Assembly: GCA_965207735.1 (NCBI GenBank)
Contig: OZ242296.1
Location: 3,200,001 to 3,264,000 of the forward strand
Length of the DNA: 64,000 nt
DNA from: Candidatus Versatilivorator sp.
GTDB lineage: Bacteria > Acidobacteriota > Terriglobia > Versatilivoradales > Versatilivoraceae
Direction of reading: 5' to 3'
Shown here: in pieces, positions 9,330 through 18,401 of the stretch
Numbering within the stretch: position 1 is the stretch's first letter
How the letters are laid out: every line of letters begins with the position of its first letter
Translations under genes and position numbers: made by a program
The notes under the pieces: generated by a model
Seen by the model: only the letters and a program-made list of their open reading frames with translations
The model's database searches: none
Told to the model about the DNA's origin: nothing

Positions 9330-10816
9330 GAGCCTTTTGCAAAATTCGGAATCGGGCATGACATTGGGCTGGCAACAGTGATGTTCCGGCGGTGACTACC
9401 CAGCTGCAAAGACCCTTTTGAAGGAAAAAGCCCGAATCTGATGGCCGGATGGCCAGCGGTCGCCGGACGCAGGCACAGCTTACCCTCTCCCGGCCTTGAG
9501 GCGGGCGAACCTGCTGTGCGGTTGGGGGTGGCAACCCGGTCTTCAGAGCGTCAGGCGCATCAACTGATCCACCGTCAGGGCCAGAATGCCGAACATCAGG
9601 TGGCACCTCACCTTGTCGGGGCCGCGAACCCTCACCTGCCTCCCGCCAAACTCCTCCTTGAGCCGTCCGTTGACCCGCTCCACCGTCGAGCGTTCCCGGT
9701 AGCGCCGCGCCTCGGGAGTCACTTGGCCGATACAGCGCCGGGCCAGTGCCTCCCGCTTCCGCTCGGCTTTCAAGGTAGCTCTTCGGCGGGGGTTGACGTC
9801 AATAATCGGCACATGCCCCAGCTTCTCACTGAAGGCCCGGATCTCCGGCGCATCGTAGGCGCTGTCCATCAAGTCGTAGAGACTCTCGACCCGCCTTGCC
9901 GTCAGCGTCGCCAGCGGAATGGCTGCCTGAGAGTCATGCACCGAGGCCGAGGTCAGCAGACAACTGACCGGAATCCCGCCGTCAATGGCGTCGAGGTGTA
10001 GCTTGTAGCCGGTCCAGCTCTCCTGATGCCCCTTGGCGTTGCGCTTGACGCCGATGTCGCAGGCCTTGGGCAACTCCTTCAACATTTCCTCCAGCGTCAT
10101 CGACCCCTGCCGCTCCAGCCGGCTCAACCGCTTGGGCCGTCGCTCGCCCTTCGGCGGCCGGCCCCGCCGGCGTTTCCGCTTGGCCTCCGGCGCAGCCTTG
10201 GCCGCTGGCTTTTCCCGTCCCGCAATCGCCGTCGAGTCCCTCGACACATGCCCCGCCAAGTGGCCCTTCAGCGTCTCCTCCAGCAATGCCTCGTGCAAAC
10301 GCCCCGGCAGGTCGCTCTCAGCGAATTCCGCAAAGGCCCGCGAGAAGGTCGACTCGCTCGGTACCTCCCACGCCCTCTCCCAGCCGCACAGCCGCCGCAG
10401 CCTCCCCTCACTCCTCAGCCGCTCCACCAATCCCCGCGTGGTCGCCACCTCCAGCATCGACTTCGCCAGATAGGCTCGCGCCAGCACTGCCCGATCCTCC
10501 AGCGGCCGGCCACGCCAGCCCCGACTGTAAGGCAGCAACTCCTCCACCCGCACCAACTCCAATACCTGCACCAGCCGCTGGTAACGCTCTCCCAGAGGCC
10601 CCAAAACTTCCTCCAGCAGGGGAAACAGCTCTCGTTGAAACCGGAACCAGTGTCGTGATAGGGTTTCCCTAAGGGGCAAGTTCCACCTCCGTTCATCATG
10701 TGGTTCAGACACCTTCATGATACAACAGACAGTGGTCTTGCCCCTCCTTCCACCTGCCCTCCTTGATCTTTCCCCACGTGAAAATTCCCGCTATCTGCGA
10801 ATTTTGCAAAAGGCTC
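9330..10816 (-). mobile_element. Intact insertion sequence (IS5/IS1182-like DDE), 1487 bp
   Basis: Perfect 19-bp terminal inverted repeats GAGCCTTTTGCAAAATTCG (9330-9348) and CGAATTTTGCAAAAGGCTC (10798-10816). 4-bp target duplication AAGG at 9326-9329 and 10817-10820. One transposase ORF. Confidence 0.95.
9543..10718 (-). CDS. DDE transposase (DUF772-like N-terminus plus DDE_Tnp_1-like catalytic domain)
   Basis: Motifs PSESTFSR, DSTAI, GYKLHL, SVHDSQ, MDSAYD and YRERSTVERVNGRLK. Alternative start TTG at 10679 follows GGAGG. Confidence 0.93.
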   Translation of the reverse strand: MKVSEPHDERRWNLPLRETLSRHWFRFQRELFPLLEEVLGPLGERYQRLVQVLELVRVEELLPYSRGWRGRPLEDRAVLARAYLAKSMLEVATTRGLVERLRSEGRLRRLCGWERAWEVPSESTFSRAFAEFAESDLPGRLHEALLEETLKGHLAGHVSRDSTAIAGREKPAAKAAPEAKRKRRRGRPPKGERRPKRLSRLERQGSMTLEEMLKELPKACDIGVKRNAKGHQESWTGYKLHLDAIDGGIPVSCLLTSASVHDSQAAIPLATLTARRVESLYDLMDSAYDAPEIRAFSEKLGHVPIIDVNPRRRATLKAERKREALARRCIGQVTPEARRYRERSTVERVNGRLKEEFGGRQVRVRGPDKVRCHLMFGILALTVDQLMRLTL

Positions 10817-10830
10817 AAGGAGCACTTACC

Positions 10831-13407
10831 ATGAGATCTCCATCTCCCGTTGTTCTGTTGGCGTGCAGTCTGGTCCTGACCGGCCTCTTCTTCGAGGTGC
10901 GCCCCGCCTCGGCGCAGGCGCAGTTGGAGTGCTCTCGTCCGGAAGGTGTTGCGGAGGCCCCCACCCCCAGCATCACGGCCGCCGAGGTGGCAGCCAACCC
11001 GACCCCCGAAAACCTGAAGCAGTTTGCTCTGGAGGCAAAAAACTACGGCGACGGCCTCGACCATGCCGCGTTGGCCTATGTCATATGCCATTTCAAGCAG
11101 GAAGGGGGGGATTGGAAATCCGGTTCCATCTACATCACTTCGCTGACTTTCCTGGCTGGGGGTAGAGTGGAAATTCACGCCGGAAACATGGCCTTCGGAG
11201 GCAGGAAAGTCCGTGAGGACGTCTTCATGGCCATTGCTGCCGCGACCGGCTTCGATCCGGAAACTCAAATGTTCACCAAGCCGGACGGCGACGTCTTGCC
11301 GGAGGAGCTGGGAGGCTACGCAGTCGGAATGCATGTCAGTTTCGGTCCCATACAGTTCCCGTTAATCATGACGGCCGGCCTGGATCTGCAGGAGACTCAC
11401 CTGGTGCACGAAGTCTTCGATCCCGCCGACGCCCCGGAGGTCACCGCCAGTGAGGTGGTGGACCGGGAGAGCCTGAAGACCTTCGTGAATGGCGCGATCG
11501 ATCGCCTCGGAGAACTGTTCGCGACGGAGGGCTTGGGTGGCCTTACCAAAGCCAAGGCCGTTTTCAGAGAGGAGAACGGGCCTTGGAGAGAAGGTTCGGT
11601 CTACCTCTTCACCCTGGATGCTACCGGCTACGTCTGGTTTCACGGGGCATTTCCGCATCAGTTCGAGTTCGTAGTCGCCACCGGCAGATATATAGATGCC
11701 GTCACCGGAGAACCCATATTCCCCAAGATCATCGAGGCGGCCCAATCAGACCCGGAGGGCGCCTTCATCACCTATCATTTCGACGATCCCGCCGATGACT
11801 CCGACAGCGCGGACATACCCAAGACTGCTTTTGTGCGCCAGCACACCTACCCGGGTTTTGGCTTACCCTTTATCTTCGGCTCCGGCTTCTATACGAGAAC
11901 CGGTCCGCCGGACACCATGACCCAGTTCGTGCCGGTGGTACTGAGCGCGGGAGGCAAGAACAACTCCTACTTCACCTCGGAGCTGGCCCTGACCAACCGG
12001 GGAGCCGACGCGGCCATGCTCAACTTCACCTATACGGCCGATGCCGGCGGGGGCAGCGGCATGGCCACCGACATGCTCGGCCCGCACCAGCAGATGATCG
12101 CCTCCAACGCCATCGAGTATCTCAGGGGCCTCGACGTTCCCATTCCCGAAACCGGCAGCCGGATCGGGACCTTGCGGGTGGATGTGTCGGGGTCTTCCGA
12201 CGTGAGCACGGTGGTCCGGACCACCACTCCCACGGCCGTCCCCGAAGGGCGCGCCGGACTGGCCTATCTGGGGATTCCGGAAAACGAGGGATTCCACCAG
12301 GAAGCCGTCTACCTGTGCGGGCTGCGCGATCACCCGGGGGACCGCTCCAACGTGGCCGTCCAGAACATGGGGTCGGAGGGTGAGATCACCTTGAGGATCA
12401 CGGCCTTTTCCGGCAATCCGACCGATCCCAGCGGCGAAATGGTGTGGGAAGACACGCTGGGGCCGGGAGGGTTCTACCAGGCAAACGCCGTGCTGATGGG
12501 AGCTGGCAAGGCCGATCCCATGTTCGGGGGCTACGTGAAGGTGGAGCGGGTGGAGGGGATGGCTCCCTTCTACGCCTACGGGGTCATCAACGACAACGCC
12601 AACTCGGACGGCTCCTTTGTCTTTCCGGTCAGCGCCCCCTCGCTGGCGGGAGCCATGAGCCAGACCCTGCCGGCCTTGGTGGAGATTAACCAGTTCACCA
12701 CCGAACTGACGCTGACCAACTTCTCGGACCAGCCGAAGCTGGTGATGTTCAGCGCCACCCACGAAAGAATCGAGACGCCGGACAACACGGCCGGCTTCGG
12801 TCCCCTGCCGATGCTGCCGGGTCAGCAGTTGATCATTCCCCATGCGCTGGCCTACGCCCGTCAGAACCTGGGGCTCAATGTGCCCATGGGCCTGGTGGTG
12901 CCCCTGATCGCCAACGCGGTGGAGGGAGATCTCAGCGGGGTCGTGATCGGAGCCCGGGTGGTGGCGCAGGCGGATCCGGAAGATAGGACCAAGGGGCAGT
13001 ACGGCGTCTTCTACACGGCAGTGCCGCGGGGTCAGGGATTCACCACCAGTGCCTGGGTGGACGGGTTGCAGCAGAACGAGGAGAACCGCGGCAACCTGGC
13101 CCTGGTCAACACCGGAGAGGTCGACAGCAGCGCCAGTGTCTTCGAGCTCGACATCTATGACGGGGAGACCGCCACGCTGGTGAAGACCGTTACCATGGCG
13201 GAGGAACCCCAAGCCATGGTCCCGGCCAGGGGCTTCCGCCAGATCAACGGCATCCTGGGCGCACACGCCCCGGGAACCACGCAGGGCTACGTCAGAATCC
13301 GCAAGGTCTCGGGGGCCAATCCCTTCCTGGCCTACGGAGTCGTCAACGACGGCGGGGCTCCGGGTGAGAGAACCGGTGACGGCGCCTATATCCCGGCCAG
13401 GGAGTAG
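10831..13407 (+). CDS. Secreted protein: two Cache-like domains plus the shared C-terminal domain
   Basis: ATG 10831 follows AAGGAG; the ORF-track start at 10717 lies inside the IS. Signal peptide is paralogous to the 7017 gene (FxEVRPASAQ). sCache_2-like motifs YLFTLDATGYVWFHG, KIIEAA, FITYHFDDP, KTAFV and IFGSGFY. Confidence 0.88.
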   Translation: MRSPSPVVLLACSLVLTGLFFEVRPASAQAQLECSRPEGVAEAPTPSITAAEVAANPTPENLKQFALEAKNYGDGLDHAALAYVICHFKQEGGDWKSGSIYITSLTFLAGGRVEIHAGNMAFGGRKVREDVFMAIAAATGFDPETQMFTKPDGDVLPEELGGYAVGMHVSFGPIQFPLIMTAGLDLQETHLVHEVFDPADAPEVTASEVVDRESLKTFVNGAIDRLGELFATEGLGGLTKAKAVFREENGPWREGSVYLFTLDATGYVWFHGAFPHQFEFVVATGRYIDAVTGEPIFPKIIEAAQSDPEGAFITYHFDDPADDSDSADIPKTAFVRQHTYPGFGLPFIFGSGFYTRTGPPDTMTQFVPVVLSAGGKNNSYFTSELALTNRGADAAMLNFTYTADAGGGSGMATDMLGPHQQMIASNAIEYLRGLDVPIPETGSRIGTLRVDVSGSSDVSTVVRTTTPTAVPEGRAGLAYLGIPENEGFHQEAVYLCGLRDHPGDRSNVAVQNMGSEGEITLRITAFSGNPTDPSGEMVWEDTLGPGGFYQANAVLMGAGKADPMFGGYVKVERVEGMAPFYAYGVINDNANSDGSFVFPVSAPSLAGAMSQTLPALVEINQFTTELTLTNFSDQPKLVMFSATHERIETPDNTAGFGPLPMLPGQQLIIPHALAYARQNLGLNVPMGLVVPLIANAVEGDLSGVVIGARVVAQADPEDRTKGQYGVFYTAVPRGQGFTTSAWVDGLQQNEENRGNLALVNTGEVDSSASVFELDIYDGETATLVKTVTMAEEPQAMVPARGFRQINGILGAHAPGTTQGYVRIRKVSGANPFLAYGVVNDGGAPGERTGDGAYIPARE

Positions 13408-13448
13408 GCCACCAGCCACCCACTACGCCACCGTGGCAGCATCCTCAT

Positions 13449-13477
13449 GGGAGCGCGGGCGGGACGCCCGCGCTCCC
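13449..13477. repeat. REP-like GC-rich hairpin, type 1; possible terminator
   Basis: GGGAGCGCGGGC-GGGAC-GCCCGCGCTCCC forms a 12-bp stem; a related copy lies at 26992-27013. Confidence 0.75.
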
Positions 13478-13575
13478 GGGAAGCCATCATCCCTTGACAT
13501 CGTCGGACCAAGATCAAAAAATTACAGAAGAACCTGGGCGTCGGCTGTCGTTGAAAGAGGTCCAACTGTTTTTCT

Positions 13576-16500
13576 ATGGGTCTATTCGTGTTAATTCGTG
13601 TACATTCGTGGTTCGCCTTTCCTTCCATCCTCCTCACCGGACTGGCGCTTTCCTCCGCTGCCTCCGGTGCTGAGCGAAGCGACCTACCCACCTTCAAGGC
13701 GGACGTTCTGCCGATCCTTGCCGAAAATTGCCTGATGTGCCACGGCCAGGAACCCAGGCAGGGCGAGCTGGACCTTCAGTCGGCGGCGGCCCTGCTCCAG
13801 GGCGGCCAATCGGGCCCGGCCATCGTCGCCGGCAGCCCCGATCGAAGCCTGATCATGGAGAAGCTGGTCAGCGGGCAGATGCCGCCCGGCGAGGCCAGGC
13901 TTTCACCCGAGGATATCGACCGCATCCGCCGCTGGATCGAGCGCGGCGCGCCCAGGGAATACGGCCGGACTGCCGATGGAGACGTATCCCCCCATTCAGG
14001 CCTTCCCGCCGTCAGCGAAAAGGACGTACTGCCCATCTTCCAGGTGCGCTGCGTGGCCTGCCACGGCAAGCGGCGCCAGGAGGCCGGGCTGGACCTGCGG
14101 ACACGGGCTTCCAGGCTGAAGGGCGGCCGCTCCGGTCCGGCCGTTCTTCCCGGAGATCCCGACCAGAGCCCGATCATCCAAAAGATCGAGTCGGGGGAAA
14201 TGCCGCCGGTGGAAATGCAGTTGGCCAACTCGGTGCGGCCTCCCACCGCAGCCGAGCTGCAGTTGCTGCGCCGCTGGATTGCCGGCGGCGCCCCTCCCGA
14301 TCCTCCGGTTTCCACGGCGGAGGCAGCCAATGGAGCTCCCGCCGTAACCGGGGAGGACCGCAAGTTCTGGTCCTTCCAACCGCCCGTGCGCCCCTCGATT
14401 CCTGACCTCCGGGCTCAGAAATTGGTCCGGACGCCGGTGGATGCCTTCCTGCTGACCAGGTTGGAGGCCAAGGGGTTGACCTTCTCCCCGCCGGCCTCGC
14501 CGCTGCAGTTGTTGCGGCGGGCCTACCTGGACCTGGTGGGGATGCCCCCCTCAGCCGCCGAAGTCAAGGCCTACCTGCAGGATAAGCGACCCGATGCCTA
14601 TGAGCGCATGATCGAGCGCCTGCTCAGTTCCAGACATTACGGCGAGCGCTGGGGGCGATACTGGCTGGACCTGGCCGGCTATTCCGACTCGGAAGGCTTT
14701 GGAGCCCACGACCGCTTCCGGCCCTTCGCCTGGCGCTACCGGGACTACGTGATTCGATCCTTCAACCGGGACAAGCCCTATTCGCAGTTTCTGATGGAGC
14801 AGATCGCCGGGGACGAGCTGGCCGACTACCGCAAGGAAAAAGTCACCCCGGAGTTGATCGATCGGCTGGCGGCCACCGGGTTTCTTCGGACCACCCCCGA
14901 TCCCACCGATGCCCCCGAGAGGGGGTTCATCCCCGAGCGCATGAACATCATCGCCGACGAGATCGAGGTCCTGACCTCGGCCGTGATGGGCCTCACCGTC
15001 AAGTGCGCCCGCTGCCACGACCACAAGTACGACCCCATCCCCCAAAAAGATTACTACCGCCTGAGCGCCATTTTTCAGACCAGCTACGATCCCTACGAAT
15101 GGCTTCCGCCCAAGAAGCGAAGGATCCCCATCGGCCTGGAACGAGAGAAGGAGGAAGTGGCGGCTCACAACCGGCCCTTGAAGGCCGAGATTCGGTCCCT
15201 GGAAAAAGGCCTGCTCAAGGAAGCGGCGCCCTTCGTCGACAAGCTGCTGGAAGAGCGATTGGCCGATCTGCCGGAAACGCTACGGAAGGAGCTGCGCGCC
15301 CTGGCCCATTCCCCGAGGGATTACCAGGGAGGAGAGCTCAGCCGAAAATTCCTGGTGGTCCGGGAGCTTCCGGAAGATGAAAGCTCCCAGGTGCGCCGCT
15401 ATCTGGCCGGAAAGTTCAAGAAAACGCTGCAGATTGGACTGGCCGATCTGAACCGGCGCTTTCCCGAGTTCGGCCCCAAGACCGAGAGCCTTCGCAAGCA
15501 GTTGGACGAGGTCAAGGGCAAGCTGCGTACCGAGCCCTATGTCCGGGCGCTCATGGATACCGGCGGCCGGCCCTCGACCACCTTCCTGCTGAAACGGGGC
15601 AACCACCTGTCACCCGGAGACGCCGTCACCCCGGGCGTCCCGGCAGTCCTGACCACCGGTCTGACCCCCTATCGGGTCGACCCCCTGAAGCACGCCCAGG
15701 ATTCCAGCGGCCGCCGCCTGGCGCTGGCGCGCTGGCTGACCCAACCCGCACATCCCCTGACCTCACGGGTCCTGGTGAACCAGGTCTGGCTCAGACACTT
15801 CGGCCGGGGACTGGTTCCCAGCCCTTCCAACTTCGGACGGGCGGGGGAGCCTCCCACCCATCCAGAGCTGCTGGACTGGCTGGCCACCGAATTCGTCAAC
15901 CGGGGCTGGAGCATCAAGACCCTGCACCGGATCATGATGACCTCCACCGCCTATCGTCAGACCTCACGGATCGGCCCGGAGACCCTGGAGCTCGACCCTG
16001 AGAATGCCCTTCTGTCTCGAATGCGGAGAGGACGGATGGATGCCGAGGCCCTCTACGACTCCATCCTGAAGGTGACGGGGCGACTGGACCCGACGCCCTT
16101 CGGACCGGCCGACGCGTTGGAAACCAAACCCAACAAGGAGGTGGTTGCCAAGGGCTCCAGGGCGGGCTTCCGCCGCAGCATCTACACCCAGCAGCGCCGC
16201 TACGATCCGGTATCCCTGCTGGAAGCCTACGACCTGCCTCGAATGACTCCCAATTGCGTGGAGCGCGAGAACTCGACCGTGGCTACCCAGGCCCTGCACA
16301 TGATGAACGGCACCACCGTGTGGGAGCACTCCCGCTACATGGCAGGCAGGATCATCGACCGGGTCGGCTACGACCCCAAGCGCCAGATCGGTCAAGCCTA
16401 CCTGCAGGCTCTGTCCCGAGAGCCGACCGAGTGGGAACTGGAGCGCAGCCGGGCCGCCCTGGAGCAGTTCGCCGGCCACTGGAAATCTCGCCTGCGCAAC

Positions 16501-16602
16501 GACCGGGACCCGACCCCCGTCCACTGGGCCGCCCAGTGGCAAGCCCTGTCCAGTTTGTGTCATACTCTGTTGAATTCGGCCGAGTTCAGCTTCGTGGATT
16601 GA
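13576..16602 (+). CDS. Planctomycete-type cytochrome c / DUF1549 / DUF1553 (PSD1) protein
   Basis: Two N-terminal CxxCH domains (CLMCH, CVACH). Motifs FWSFQPP, LRRAYLDLVG, YGERWGRYWLDLA, CARCHDHKYDPI, PTHPELLDWLA and QALHMMN. Confidence 0.93.
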   Translation: MGLFVLIRVHSWFAFPSILLTGLALSSAASGAERSDLPTFKADVLPILAENCLMCHGQEPRQGELDLQSAAALLQGGQSGPAIVAGSPDRSLIMEKLVSGQMPPGEARLSPEDIDRIRRWIERGAPREYGRTADGDVSPHSGLPAVSEKDVLPIFQVRCVACHGKRRQEAGLDLRTRASRLKGGRSGPAVLPGDPDQSPIIQKIESGEMPPVEMQLANSVRPPTAAELQLLRRWIAGGAPPDPPVSTAEAANGAPAVTGEDRKFWSFQPPVRPSIPDLRAQKLVRTPVDAFLLTRLEAKGLTFSPPASPLQLLRRAYLDLVGMPPSAAEVKAYLQDKRPDAYERMIERLLSSRHYGERWGRYWLDLAGYSDSEGFGAHDRFRPFAWRYRDYVIRSFNRDKPYSQFLMEQIAGDELADYRKEKVTPELIDRLAATGFLRTTPDPTDAPERGFIPERMNIIADEIEVLTSAVMGLTVKCARCHDHKYDPIPQKDYYRLSAIFQTSYDPYEWLPPKKRRIPIGLEREKEEVAAHNRPLKAEIRSLEKGLLKEAAPFVDKLLEERLADLPETLRKELRALAHSPRDYQGGELSRKFLVVRELPEDESSQVRRYLAGKFKKTLQIGLADLNRRFPEFGPKTESLRKQLDEVKGKLRTEPYVRALMDTGGRPSTTFLLKRGNHLSPGDAVTPGVPAVLTTGLTPYRVDPLKHAQDSSGRRLALARWLTQPAHPLTSRVLVNQVWLRHFGRGLVPSPSNFGRAGEPPTHPELLDWLATEFVNRGWSIKTLHRIMMTSTAYRQTSRIGPETLELDPENALLSRMRRGRMDAEALYDSILKVTGRLDPTPFGPADALETKPNKEVVAKGSRAGFRRSIYTQQRRYDPVSLLEAYDLPRMTPNCVERENSTVATQALHMMNGTTVWEHSRYMAGRIIDRVGYDPKRQIGQAYLQALSREPTEWELERSRAALEQFAGHWKSRLRNDRDPTPVHWAAQWQALSSLCHTLLNSAEFSFVD

Positions 16603-16603
16603 G

Positions 16604-18103
16604 ATGATTGTGCGGCGCCAGTCCCCTCCGAAACCGGAAACCAGAGCCAAAAAGGCATCGCTTGCCGACAGCCCCCGGCTGTCGCGGCGGGAGTTGTTCG
16701 CCCGCTCGGGCTCTCTCCTCTACGGCACCGCCTTGGCCTCGATCCTGGGCAAGGAGCTATTCCCCACCGATCCCCTGCTGGCTTCCAGCGGCGAGAGCTA
16801 CGATCTGAGGCCCCGGACTCCCCATTTCGACCCCAAGGCCAAGGCCGTCATCCACCTGTTCATGAACGGGGGCCCCAGTCAGGTGGACCTGTTCGACCCC
16901 AAGCCGCTGCTCAAGAAATATGCCGGCACCGTCCCCAACCGCGACCTGACCTCCGACATAACCTCGCCCACCCAATCGGGAGGACTGCTGCCCTCGCCCT
17001 ACCGCTTCGCCAGGCACGGGCAGTCGGGCATGGAGTTGTCGGAACTGCTGCCCCACCTGGCAAGCCACGTGGACGACATCGCCCTGATCCGCTCCATGTA
17101 CGGGGCCCACTTCAACCACGAGCCGGCCATCTTCTTCATGCAGACGGGACGCACCGTGGCCACCCGCCCTTCAGTGGGAGCCTGGGTCGCCTATGGGTTG
17201 GGAACCGAGAACCAGAACCTTCCGGCCTACGTGGTGCTGGACGATCCCAAGGGGCTGCCGGTCAATGGCATTGCCAACTGGCAGTCGGCCTGGCTGCCGC
17301 CGGTGTATCAGGGCACCCGGTTCCGCGCGGAGGGACCTCCCGTGCTGAATCTGGACCCCCGCCCTGAATGGCCGGGCTCGCTGGTGAAGGCCCAGCGGTC
17401 GCTGCTGCAGGACCTGGACCGGGCCCATCGGCAGGAGCGCCCCCACGAGCCCTACCTGGAGGGACGGATCGCCAGCTACGAACTGGCCGCGCGCATGCAA
17501 CTGGCGGCCAGCGACGCCCTGGATCTTTCCAAGGAAACCGATAAAACACGGGAGATGTACGGCCTCAACCGGGAGGAAACAGCCTCCTACGGGAGACGCT
17601 GCCTCATGGCCCGCCGGCTGGTGGAGCGGGGAGTCCGGTTCGTGCAGCTCTACATCGAGAGCCAGATCTGGGATGCCCACAGCGATCTGGACAAGATGTT
17701 GCGCTACAGTTGCGGCAAGACCGACCTACCCGTGGCCGCCCTGCTGACCGATCTCAAGCAGCGCGGCCTGCTGGATTCCACCCTGGTGGTTTGGGGGGGC
17801 GAGTTCGGACGCCTGCCGCTGTCGCAGACTCAAGCCTCCGGAGTCTCCGGCCGCGACCACGGCCCCAGCGGCTTCAGTGTCTGGATGGCCGGCAGCGGCG
17901 TCAAGGGCGGCACCACCTACGGAGCCACCGACGAGTTCGGACACAAGGCCGTGGAGAACCGGGTCAGCGTCCACGATTTCCACGCCACCATCCTGCACCA
18001 GCTGGGCATGAACTTCCGCGACCTGGCCTACGAGCGCCACGGCCTGCACGAGCGCCTCACCGATCAGTTCCCCGCCCGCGTCGTCTCCGAAGTACTGGCT
18101 TGA
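16604..18103 (+). CDS. DUF1501 domain protein with Tat-like signal
   Basis: SRRELF twin-arginine motif; GGPSQVDLFDPKP, RRLVERGVRFV, WDAH, GEFGRLP and GRDH. Confidence 0.93.
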   Translation: MIVRRQSPPKPETRAKKASLADSPRLSRRELFARSGSLLYGTALASILGKELFPTDPLLASSGESYDLRPRTPHFDPKAKAVIHLFMNGGPSQVDLFDPKPLLKKYAGTVPNRDLTSDITSPTQSGGLLPSPYRFARHGQSGMELSELLPHLASHVDDIALIRSMYGAHFNHEPAIFFMQTGRTVATRPSVGAWVAYGLGTENQNLPAYVVLDDPKGLPVNGIANWQSAWLPPVYQGTRFRAEGPPVLNLDPRPEWPGSLVKAQRSLLQDLDRAHRQERPHEPYLEGRIASYELAARMQLAASDALDLSKETDKTREMYGLNREETASYGRRCLMARRLVERGVRFVQLYIESQIWDAHSDLDKMLRYSCGKTDLPVAALLTDLKQRGLLDSTLVVWGGEFGRLPLSQTQASGVSGRDHGPSGFSVWMAGSGVKGGTTYGATDEFGHKAVENRVSVHDFHATILHQLGMNFRDLAYERHGLHERLTDQFPARVVSEVLA

Positions 18104-18199
18104 GGGGGACGCCCGAGCCCCAAGCGACCTGTCCCCACCCGCTTCGTTGGGCAACCCGGCGTTTACCCCCCACCGCATCAGCCTTCGCCATTCGGCTCG

Positions 18200-18222
18200 A
18201 CTCCCCCTCAAGGGGGGAGTGA
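18200..18222. repeat. REP-like hairpin, type 2, between convergent genes
   Basis: ACTCCCCCTCAAGGGGGGAGTGA; degenerate copy at 26937-26959. A type 3 REP half (GAGCCGCGAAGCGGCGGCAGCAGG) follows near 18297. Confidence 0.65.
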
Positions 18223-18401
18223 CAAGGGCCAGCCCGCCGTCGAGCCGGAGGGGGGCAAACGCGGCGTCCCGGGAGTGGACGTCAGTGCATCGAGCGGAGC
18301 CGCGAAGCGGCGGCAGCAGGTGATTGTGGCGTGGGGCGGCGTTTCTTTGGAGAAGCAATGCGTTTCGGAACCCAGTCCTCAGTCCACCACCCTCTCCTGG
18401 C

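Noticed and set aside
10717-10830. N-terminal extension of the 896-aa ORF
   Set aside because: It lies mostly inside the IS; the signal peptide and RBS point to ATG 10831.
7614-13407. Diversity-generating retroelement template/variable repeat pair
   Set aside because: No reverse transcriptase is present, both copies are long coding regions, and the differences are not adenine-specific.
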